Shown here: positions 25,219 to 36,600 of the stretch, piece by piece
How the letters are laid out: every line of letters starts with the position of its first letter
How positions within the stretch are numbered: the stretch's first letter is position 1
Assembly (NCBI GenBank): GCA_965235115.1
Contig: OZ249438.1
Coordinates: 8,990,001 to 9,054,000, forward strand
Origin: Laetmonice hystrix
Taxonomy: Eukaryota
Reading direction: 5' to 3'
DNA: 64,000 bases
Notes under the pieces: generated by a model
Databases searched by the model: none
Told to the model about the DNA's origin: nothing
What the model saw: only the letters and a program-made list of their open reading frames with translations
Translations under genes and position numbers: made by a program

Positions 25219-28200
25219 CACTCCCTTCTAAGCTGATCCTGACAAACTTCCAAAAAATTCAAAATCCGAATGGAATCGAGGTCTACTCTTGGAATTTTGG
25301 AAGAAGATATGCAGATTTACTTAAATGTCTGTTGATACGTTTTTGTATTGATTTCTTCACACCATCATTTCTCAGCTCTTGATTCTGTTTAGAAGTAATT
25401 TTTACATCATTATCTTATTGACCGGTGTATGGTGTAAGACATCTGCTATAAGTTCCGTGCAAACAATGATGACCACTGCTCGTCCTTCAGTGAAAACCGA
25501 TGTTCTGACTGCCTGCCAAGTGTCGGCGGTTGTCCATGGTGACGACGGTTCGCGCCAGTATTGTGTGTGATGTGTGTGAAAGGCTGAACTGGATACCACC
25601 GCTCTCACCTCCTCCTGTGAGTGGACAAGGCAGGCCCTGGAGGCCCAGACTGGACCACCAGACGGAGCCCCCGGGAGGCGGGGAGGGGGAGGCCATTGTT
25701 GGAGGCCGCATCGTCCCTGTTGAGGTGCTGGCCTTGGGTGTCGGCGATGTCCCTTTGATCGGCGGTCATTGCAGCGCACCCCACTTCAAAGGTCTGGCTG
25801 CCATGACAACGACACACGGTGCCATGACGACGACGCAAGCAGACGACAAACGCGTGTTGGCAGTGGTCATGCATCTTCATGAATTTATTCCTCAGGGTGT
25901 CAGGTGGGTGAGATCTTGTGAAATGTGTTTGAAGTGTGAAGCTCTAGGGTTCGACTTCTTGGCTGACAGGAGAGCACCTTTCAGTTTCACAGCCATGCTG
26001 AGCCTTGCCAATGGATAACGTTGTTTCAGCGAATCTGCCTCAAATTACCGTATTCGACCCAATAAGCATACATGCCCCAATAACCCTAAAGCCTTTTTTG
26101 TTTTGTTTTGAGTAGAAGAAGTTAAAGATATGTAATTCATCTTCGTCCGCATGAACTAAAAGGCAGCAACAACAGAACTAAACACGGTATGGATGATTAA
26201 ACAAACTGCCAAATTCAAGAGATAGATTAGTCGAATTGTTCAAAAGGTATTAAAGTAAAATAAAGAAATGGGATAAGAGCAAACAGGCAAGTTGCTATAG
26301 CAAGTGACAAGTACTTGGTTTTAGATTTTGTTGCATCTGAAAATTGTCCGGTTAATTTATCCGACACAATATGGAGACAAGGTGGGACTCTGGTGCGACT
26401 CTCGGCCACGAGAGGGCCTGGGTACCAGGTGGACTGTCGCCAACGTTCAGCTCTCCAACCGTGTACCGTAGTGAATCAATAGTACTGGGGGCAGGATCAG
26501 GCGGCAGGCAGTGCACGGAGCTAGGGCCCTGGGTCTGCCAGCAGGTTCAGCCAGTCAGTCCGTCAACGCCTTGGTGGGTGCGGTGGGGGTGGGGGTCGTG
26601 TTGGAGTCAAGAGTTATTGAGTGTGGTCAGTGGCCGTTGTGAAGAAATGAGTGAGGGAATGGTAATTTTAATCCCCTCTTTAGTTTTTCAACAATTTTTG
26701 AATTAAAAGCGAGAATGCAACTTGCACAATGTTCAATCTAGGTGTATACTCCTGAGTCTCAGGAGGCGATCATAAAGATGCAGTAAGACAGAAACCTACC
26801 AGTCAACATCTCATACTCTTTGTTTATCTTATATGCCCATTGGAATTGAGCCTCACTCGCAACATTATTATAATTCACTTGAGGTTATTTGTGAACCGGA
26901 CCCGTAGTTGCAGGTCTTGGAGTCAAGAATGTGATTGATCCAGCCGCTCTGGTCTCGTCCAATGACGAGGCAGTAGTTTGGTGCCACCGATACTAGTACT
27001 AGTATTTATCGTGTGTATTTTGAGTCGATTAAAGTAATGTTCTGGGGTGTTTTTTAGTTTTCCGATATTTTGCTTTTACCCCCCCCCCCCCTGCTTTGCC
27101 ACTGGCAACTTCGGCCGACTGTAAACCCAGATTGCCAGGTCGGGGAAACTCAACTGTAGATTCAAAGCTCCCTTCTACCCAAATGATGAAAATTGATCCT
27201 TAGTCAAGATATTTACATGTTGACTTTCACTTTAAGTATTCCATGAGAATGAAAGAACTAGTGCGTTGTCGATCCTTGAAAGAATTATGCAATGGTGTCT
27301 TCGACTCCAAAAACTAAGAGTTGATAGTGTTGTCTCATTCCTTAAAGTAAGATTACTTTGATTTATATAAAATTGATTGTAAATGGCTTTCTAAAGTTAA
27401 TTCAAGATATTATGGAAGGAGAAAACCAAGTTATGTGATATTAGCTTGACATTAACAGCTTCCCGCCAGACCAACAGACGACGAAAATAGCACAGTGATG
27501 TTAAAAATAGCCGTCTGTTTATAGTCACGGAATGCTATAGGAGAATTACATTCGACCAGAGGACATAGTGCCGGGAATCTTGAGTTGGAATTAGAGGGGC
27601 GACGGGAAAAGGTGCACTCTAGTGACGTCAGTCACGCTAGAGAGGCCTGTCCAAAAGTCTCTGTCTGACATGAAAGCGTCCGCGGCATGTGCTGTCTGAT
27701 CAATTCGATCACAAACACAACCAAAAAAACGAAAAGAAAAAACCCACCCTTCAGTTTCTTGGTGAGCTTGTTTGTTTGACGTAAGAATGGTACTTTAACT
27801 TTAAGAAGTCAGTATCTATTGGGAACTCTGTGACGACTGAAAATATCTAAAAAGATTTTTTTTAAAGATAAAGCATGTAGAAAGACGATGTCTTTTCTCT
27901 GTGAAAAACGTTACTTTTAACATAAATGTGAGACAGCGGGAGGCCCAGCTTTGTAACTATGGAAACCACACGAATAAGCGGTTTGCTTTCTTTGAAATGT
28001 CCGAGTGAATTTTTCACATATGAATCTTTGTTTTTGAAGAAGTGAGTTAATCTTTTAGGGTACTTAAAAATACCTCGTTTGCCAGCCAGCACATCGCTGT
28101 CAGTCCCGGGAGTTTGGACCTGGGTATATCATGCCAGTGTTAGTGGCAGCTGAAAGGAACTTTTTCTCAAGACTTAGAAAAGATTATTCACAGGAAAGAG

Positions 28201-30728
28201 GAGCATACATTGCTCTGATGGATACCTTTCACGACATATTTCACGGTTTTGCCAAAAGTTAACTTTGTATTTGGGAGTTGGAATAAAGTGTGTCAGAATA
28301 AAAAATCGGGCCTGCAGAAGATTTTATGTACGTTACTTCCTTTTGTTACTTGCTGCAGACGACTTTTGGCATCACTCGCTGCAGCGTGTCTTGATTCTCG
28401 ACGTTGCACTCACGGCACATAGAGCGAACGGGGTGATCAAGTACAATCGACCTCAGTGTACTTACGACTGAGGCCGACTGTGTCAGGATGATACCGGTAG
28501 ATCATGAGCCTTCTGAAGACCGCTCCCGACGATCACAAGTCGTCAGCTTCAGGCCGCCTTTAAAACCAAATGGCTTGAGATTGAGAAATGCCCCATCTCC
28601 AGCCTCAATTCATTAAAAGAAGAAACAAAAATGTCATCTTGTTTGAAATGGTTGTGTATATGGTTTAAATGAAGTAGGCCCTATGGCGATTACTAATGTA
28701 TCCAATACGTGGATCAAGTCAAGGGCCCTTCTGCATTGGTAAAAACCAGTAGCGACAGGTTAGCCATTGTGTACAGTGTTAGTAAGTAGATAAGAGCTTT
28801 GCTTACTGAAGGTGGGGTTTCTTACGAAGCTGACAAGGGCCAGCACCTGCATGAAAACACTCAAACTCAATCAGCAGGATGGCTGTATCATGGTCTAAAT
28901 GGGCATGTACTAACGACCAAGGAACGGTTGTTATTAAAAGGTTTGGCCATTTAAAGATATGGCACTCTAACCTTGCAGCAGGCTAGTAGATAATGCGCCG
29001 GAGGCCAATGGGGGGGGGGGGGGGGGGGGGGGCTAATGAAGTGTGTTGCTTTATTATTTTTATTTTATATAAAAGAAAATTGACGATCATCCTTATTAAT
29101 ATTTTTGCGGTCTATCATCTCTGATGTTAAATTTTTGGACGGCCCCACCTTCACAACATCAACTCCAAGGGGAACCAGCCTCTCATATCCAAACTTAGTA
29201 TGGGATCTTTTTACGGCATCATTTGTTCAAATATGTATTGGATTGCTGTGGCCGGGCCGGGGTGTAGGTTAGCGGCAGTGGACAGTGAACCGACGACAGG
29301 GCAGAGACATGACTTGAGCATTTGGGCCGAGCCACCGAGAAGCATGCAGGTGAAGGTATTGACTGTGGAAAACCATTACGTCCCCGGCACTGTCAGTGGA
29401 CGGGCGGGCGGGGGTTGACGATGGTGGTGGTGGTGGGGGGGGGGGCAGTTGACACCGGGGAGCCGGTTACCATAGGGGAGGGCGTGGGGTTGGGGGGAGG
29501 GGGGAGGGGGTGTAGAGGGTGTTGTGTGTGCCGCCTGATGCTGGTGATGGTGATGATGATAGCTGCCCTGGTGGTTGTTGGATGGGGGGGGGGGGGGTAT
29601 TGTCTCGGTAGCCTGTGTTGGATTTCTTTACATGCCACCAGTAAAGACACCAACGCTTCCATCCCCAAATGGCAGTCTGCCGTAAATCAACATGTTCTTA
29701 CGTGGTGAGTTATATACAGGAAGTTTACGTCATATATAACTGGTCTGTTTCTAACTCTTGGACAGCTTATGGACAGTGGTGTTATGGTATGACCTTAGAC
29801 ACTTTATATGGTGTTACTGGTGTTCAAAGGTACGTTAGTGAGGAATTTTTCATTCCCTTTAACTCCTTAGCGACATCGATGCGAAGAGCGTTTAGATAGT
29901 CCGTATTGATTTGTAAACTTCTGTTGATTGTTGGCTGGGATTTGCCAACTGCCATCAGACCAGGTATTGACAGTGATATGGAAGCTGTGTTTTGATTGCA
30001 CGGAGAACGCGGCCACATTACGTGCCAGCACTGTAACGGAGTGTCAGACAGGATCCACCTCTTTCTCTGAACGTCTATCGGATTTAGATCCTCCGGGATA
30101 AGTTTCGTGTAGCTAGGACGTCACCAGTTCCTTTGAAGCCAGTCCCGTCACCCCCCTCCCACCCTCACACGCTCTGTATGAATGCCGTGTTGCCTAAAGC
30201 TAAGAATTGAGACCGAACCCTCGCGCGGTACGAACTGTACCTAGTGTACATCCTTTCTCATCCTCTTAAAACTTCTCGACACGCAAAAGAAGTGAAATTA
30301 ACAAAAAAAAAGTGGACGGTTCTTTTTCATTACCCGCTACCTTTCTGTATTAAAGTCTTTTGAAACCGTATTGATAATTTTGGAAAGGTTGGTGTCTTAG
30401 TGTTAATAAATATAATGTAGGGGTTTGTTGGTGTCTTTCGCACCAACCTTTATGATGATTATAACTGGATTGCCTGTTTGAAGATGTATTGCCTGGCTGG
30501 GGAGAAACAAATTGACATTCTCTCTGTGGTGTTGGCCATTGGGAATAAGTGGAATAGTTTAATTTGTGCTGTTCATGAATCATGTGTATGTTGTTAATTA
30601 AGTTTGGCCTAGATGCCGGCGTCGGAGATCTATCTTGAAGATAAACTGCAAAAGAATCCAGAGCTCGATTTTTCGAAACTTGAGGTCGTGCTCAAGCTTA
30701 AACTTAAGGATTCTAGTTAGCCGGTTGT

Positions 30729-30875
30729 GGCCCGGTTTCTCGAAAATACTTAAGTCTGGGTTTCACTCAAATCTACTCAACTCAGGAAATGGAGGATTCA
30801 CATTGGCTAAAAACGTTCTTTTGAGTAGATTTGAGTGAAACTCGTCAGACTTAAGTATTTGCGAGAAACTGGGTC
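30729..30875. mobile_element. Palindromic MITE, apparently nested in an older related MITE (~30661-30944)
   Basis: ~50-bp imperfect TIRs (GGCCCGGTTTCTCGAAAATACTTAAGTCTG...TTTCACTCAAATCTACTCAA); TGT on both flanks; outer element ends GGAAAACCGGGCCCC. Confidence 0.75.
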
Positions 30876-31320
30876 TGTAGCTCACTAATCATAACCCCTG
30901 AGACTTAAGCTAAGGTAGATGTTGAGTTTTGGAAAACCGGGCCCCGATCATTCCTTGATATGAAAAGAGGTGGCATCAGAGCAGGGTGGTCCTGTGAGTA
31001 AGAGACCGAGTTCTCTGCCTTCAGTCAATGGTAAAGGTTAGAGGCTCTGGCTGTCTAGAGAGATCTGCTATTTTTGTAAGGTCGTAAGTCTGCAGACTGC
31101 ATACTGTTACCAGGTAAAGTTGAGTGAGGGTCAGCGAGAAATGCCACCATGCGGCTCTTGTATATCAGTCATAGACTTGTCTATCTATTCTGGGTTTATA
31201 TATAAGTTTCATGAGTAACTAAAGAAAAGTGTACTGGGTATAAAATCGCCGTATCATGTGCGTGGTGGGACATCGAGTGGTAGAGAGAGCAGTGGAGTTT
31301 TAATGATGACGCGGAAAGAG

Positions 31321-31330
31321 ATGCTGCTGC

Positions 31331-31375
<45 letters not shown>

Positions 31376-31410
31376 TGCTGCTGTTGTAGCAGCAGCAGCA
31401 GCAGCGGTTG
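31321..31410. repeat. (CTG)n followed by (CAG)n trinucleotide tracts
   Basis: About 20 GCT/TCT triplets, GTTGT, then 6 GCA triplets. Confidence 0.9.
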
Positions 31411-33511
31411 TGTTGGTGTTGGTGGTGGTGTTGAAGGAGGTGGTAGCCGACGCTACGGCGCTCTCACCTGAGCCAGGTGTGCCCCAAGGAGCCCCTTTAG
31501 TCTGTAGAAGTCGGTATCCATCCATGTTATCGCTGGAGCCCATCCCTGTACCGTTACAGTCAGGTAACTACTCCTCCGGTGGCTACTGGCCCCTCCCCTC
31601 CCTCTCTCGCCAGGAGAAGAATCCATCCATTCGTACTGGTTGGTTTGGACGGGTGTTTGTGTACACATGGGTGTTAGTTTTTCCGTTTTGATGCTGTATT
31701 TGGGTTTTCATGCCGTGGAATTCCAGGAATTTGCGTCAGCGAGATTAGAAAGTATAGAAGGCACAAAAAGAGAGTTGTGATTGGACCCGTAATTAGAGAT
31801 AAATGAAGAAAAAGTTCCGTTTCAAAATAAACATACAGTTTTTATGTTTGGTTGTAATATACACGATATAAAAGTCGGTATGTAATTGTTGGTTGCCAGA
31901 TTCAGTGGAGGAAGCGTTTCCGACTAGCCAGTTTCCCAACAGGCCAGGTGCACTATATTAGAATGATTGACGTTGGGTATGTAGGTAAGAGGTAGGTAAG
32001 AAGGAGATTAGTGGTACATACTATCCGTGGCCGGTGGTTCGGAGCCCTTGCTGCGAATTGCCAGGTATCTTGGTTCATGGCTAGCGACGAGGAGGTCTTA
32101 AAAATGTAAGTTTTTTTTACAAGAGCTTTAAAACAAATTAACGCCTCGCTCAATAGAGGGGAGGGCGGTCTCGTTCTTGATAGGGTGGGTTCATGTGAAA
32201 CAAATCTCATTTCTGGGGTGGATATTTTTGCAGGGGGACACCCCTCTCTCCATGTGGATACGGACCTGTTTGGTAACCTGCTTAGTTCACAATCGCTCAT
32301 CAGTGTGCTCATCAAAACTGCACAAATAAACGAGACAGTGGTTAGAGCTCCTCAGGGAAGTCATGGGTTATGACATCGACCCCCCCCCCCCCTCAAGAAG
32401 TTACCCATGGGTTATGATACCCCCCCGTGCCACTCTCGTATTTAACCGGAATTCTTTTCACGGGTCATCTTCTTCATGGTTCATGTTCTGTTGTGCTCAC
32501 ATTTCCTCCTTTTTCCCCGTCGCTGGCGATATCTATCACGGCCACGTGCAAGTTTCAGTTGAATAGCAAGGCATTCCTGCCCACTGTTCTTCCCCTATCC
32601 TGTTCAACAGGATATTGAAAGGGGGAAGGGGACGGTGGGGTCGAGGACATTCATAAACGTCGAGATGAGTAGGTCAGAATCTTTACACAGAAATCAAGTC
32701 AAGGGAGAACTCGATAAAATCCACAAAAAGCGTTGACCTCTGCAGCAGAACTCTGGCACTGCCTGCCTATTGGAACTTACCCAGTGGGTCTCTGTAACAG
32801 GGACGAGAGGTTCACATCGACAAAACAAGGGGGAACCATGGCTCAAACATTAACCTAGAGCAGGTCGACAAGGACCAGGACCAAATATGCACGGGTCCAT
32901 CCAGCAGAATTCTATTTCTAGAGGATGGCCAGTCACTGTACAGAACTTCTTGTGTTTTGCGTGACACAACGTTCCAACGCTGTCCGCAGCCTCCTTATGT
33001 TGTGCTTAACACAATGCGCCTAGTTTTCTGTGCGATATAAGGCTCCAGCCAAGGTGCCTTGTGTTTTCGTAACAAAAGGCTCCAACCCTGGCACCCTGTG
33101 TTGTCCGTGACACAGTTAAGGCTCCATCCATGGCGCCTTGTGTTCTGGCCCATACAAGGCTGCAGCCAAAGAGACCTGGTGTGTTTTATCGGAAGGCGCC
33201 AACCCACAATTCCACCGTTGTATTCAGGTCGTCGAAACCTCACCAGATGTTTAGCTTCAGCCCGGCAGCAAAGAAATCAATCCGTGTGTGGAGAATAGAA
33301 TGAGCTTTTTATGCAAACACAGAGTTCGATTGAATTGGTATGTAAATAGTGTGGCCCGCGAGCTCTTTAGGCCCCGCCAATCAGCGTTTGTGTTTTACAC
33401 CACTTTTTGGCAGGAGTCCATTATGCTCTGTAACAAAAGAAAAATCGGCAAAATTTGATTCTGCTAATGGTTACACCGTTTGTAGGAACTGGGAAAATCT
33501 TGGAAAGTCGT

Positions 33512-33694
33512 CAGGCTTTCCTGGAGATTTTGGACTTTTTTTTGGGGGGGGGGGGGGGGGGGATGCGGCGAGTTTGGGGGGGGGGGTAATGCAAAATATT
33601 TCCCTCTGGAATTTTTTTTTTTTGGGGGGGGGAGTAGCTGAATAATGGGGGGGGGGCCTCCCCCCCCCCCCCAAAGGGCCTGCAGGAAACCCTG
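33512..33694 (-). mobile_element. hAT-like MITE with 5-bp TSD, copy 2 (inverted relative to copy 1)
   Basis: Reverse complement of the 25039-25218 element, differing mainly in homopolymer lengths; flanks GTCGT|...|GTCGT. Confidence 0.8.
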
Positions 33695-36600
33695 GTCGTG
33701 GAATTTCGGATTGATAAAATCCAGGCCTAGGAATCCGAAAGAATGAGCAAAGGGCCCAGGGAAGTGATGGAAATTCACACCCCGTTGAACCGTTGGTTAT
33801 TTCAAAGCGCTGCTTATTTTGTCCTTGAAAACAGAACTTTGAGTGCCATGAGCCACTCATTATAAGGTCATGGGATTTTATCATGGTTCAGGAGTACGGG
33901 CCCCTTAAGTTTTCTTTTAGCTTCCGATTGATAAGAAAAGGTGGTAGTCGTAGTCGTAAAAAGTCGCTAATACAAGGTTTTCCAAAGAAAATGGTATTTA
34001 GTGATCAGGAAAGTGAAGAGAATGTTTCAGGCGACCAGCATGAATTGGGTCTGTTGTGTTTGGGAAACTAAGGATGAAAGAAGTCTAGCCTTAGGCTATA
34101 GACTCCCTCGACATTCCCAATACCCGCATGTGTATATATATGTGCATATAGGCCTAGATCTACAAACACGTCATATACCCCCCCCCCCCTTTTATCCAGA
34201 ATATGTAGGCCTATTATAAGTGTAATGGACGGTACATATTGACAAGTTTGCCTAGACCGTTTGACAACTAGGCCTACCACTGGTACCATTGTTATTGCTA
34301 CACATGTACAATATTAGCTGTCGGCGGATTGGGCAGTAGCTTCAGTCCGATCTGGACGATTTGCCTGTCTCAGTTGCTTGGTAACTTGAGAAGGGGTGTG
34401 AACGTTAAGGTTGGATGGGGGATCGGTCCGTCACTGCGCCCGTTCACGATGGCGGTCGTTGGGTGTGTACTTCATGAACGGTAGCAGGAGGGCATCACCA
34501 GAAGGCAGCCGGCTGCGTCCGAAAGGCTTCGAGTCCGAATCGATCAATGGACTGGCAGGGCGCAGCGGAGACTGGCAGGCAGGGCACACACGGAACTGGC
34601 AGGGCACTGCCACCCAGGACCAGGAATCAGGGACCCCCCCCCCCACCCCACCCCAAAAAAAAGAAACCTTGGGACCATTTTTGTGGTAGGACCCCCTACC
34701 CCCCCCCCCCACACACACACACACCACCACCACCACCACCACAAATTGTGGGTCCGCCCCTGCTAACAGACAGGGCGCATGGGGACTCCAGCCAGGACCA
34801 AGTGATGAAGTCACTCAGGCCGACCGGGACGCCCCCTTTTGGTGACCCAAGGTAAGAACATGTAACGTCACATTAGTTTAATGTGACGTGAATGTGACGA
34901 ATTAACTGGTCCAACCATGGAGGACATCGGGGCCGGGATGCACGTCTTCCACGTCACCGGGGGGGGGATGTTTCAGCGAGAAAACATTTCCCACTTGAAT
35001 TCAAGATGTAGAATGAAAAGTAGGGAAGGTCTTTTGTAATCCACTTGATGATAATGGTCAGTCCATACAAATTGGGTGGGGTGGGAGTGAATATAAAGTA
35101 GACGCTTCTAACTCACATTATATCACCAATACCCATTTCCTTATCAAGAAGTGTTGAGGTTAGTTAAAACCACACCCTCCTCCCATACCGTTTTATCGGC
35201 CTTGAAAAAAAGGCATTTGTTGATATATAACTTGATATGGGTCGATTGATATTGGGTACAGGCCAACATATTATCATGTCGTCAATATTATTGACAAGGC
35301 AAGTCACAAAATTACAACTTGATGCATTTGATAATCGGTATACTGTGTGACGGTGGGGAAACCCGCACTGGCCACGCTCTGGTCATGATCACTCATAATA
35401 TTACAACTATGGCTGAGTCAAACCTTCACCTATTCACGTGAACATGATTGAAACACCAATGGATGCAGTGTGTTGTACCCAGGGAGGGTGGTGGTGGTGG
35501 TGGTGGGTTGGGAATAGGCCTACCCTCGACCCTAACGGACAGAGGTCCATCCTTTTGCACAGAAAACAATTGCAAAGAATTGGCCTCTGAATTTTCATTT
35601 TAGTTTCATGTGACCAAGCAGTTCAAGACCCCCTCCCTCCCTACAAACGGAGAGACGTGCAGTACACTCGACCGCCCTCCCCCCCATCTTTTCTTTATTC
35701 GTTGTGACATGTTTGCAGTGGTCCATTTTTCCCGACCCACCCCGTGGTAAAGACTGGCGTCGGGAATGTACATAAAAAAAATGTCAATAAGTTGTTCATG
35801 ACTTCGGAGAGAAAATTGTAGGGGATAGAGGCAAGGGAAAGGCTTTTGTAATTTTTTTTGCCGGGGGGGGGGGGGTTCTTGGAGCAAGGGGAAAAGGATT
35901 AGGGTTAGGGTTAGACATGTTGCCTTCTACCTACCAAATCCCATGTGGGTGTCGCCAGGGGGAACTTCCCTGTCATGATATTAGATGTAAACGTATATGA
36001 CGTGTTGGTAAGCCTGCTAGGTTTATGAGGATCAGGCGTCGCTGCTGGGTGTCATGTCAGTCAATTTGACGCCCTACTTTGGGTCTTTTCTGAGTCCATG
36101 TCGTATAGCTGTGTTACTCGCTGAGACATACATGCTGGGTGGCATAGCTGTGCCCACGTTCGCCAGCTCAGTTGGATCTTGAAGCCATTAGCAGCTGCCC
36201 CTACAACTTGTCTGGTTTTCTTCTTCATCATCTTCTTCATCTTCATCGTCTTCTTCTTGTTCTCTTCGTCTTCTTTGCTTATGAAATAAAGTGTAGTTTA
36301 GTCTGGCTATAGGTCACTAACTGCCCGCGCCTCTGTTACAGTCTGTACAAGGTTACATGAATAGCTTCCTAGATCACGAAGTCCATCAAGATGGCCTTGG
36401 AGGATACAGTGTCTGTACAGCACAGGGCAGGGAGGGATGGGGGGGGGATTCGGAAGCAGGTGGTATCCTACCAATGATGACCATGTTGTGTTGTTGTGTT
36501 CGGAGTCGATGACTGTACGAACCGTCGTGGCTGCCACATGACAGCCCCGCCGCCGCCGCCAGCCAGCCAGATGAGCAGTATTTTATGTTGTGAACTTTAT

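Noticed and set aside
25402-26018. Overlapping 90-160-aa ORFs on both strands
   Set aside because: GC-rich intronic DNA with few stops; no homology recognised in any frame
31196-31543. Poly-Ala protein on the minus strand
   Set aside because: Arises from trinucleotide repeats; no domain or splice structure
35897-35912. Interstitial telomeric repeat
   Set aside because: Only about two TTAGGG units, expected by chance or within common repeats
36215-36280. Acidic or basic coding stretch on the minus strand
   Set aside because: (TCT/TCA)n microsatellite; frames are closed by stops and no exon boundaries fit
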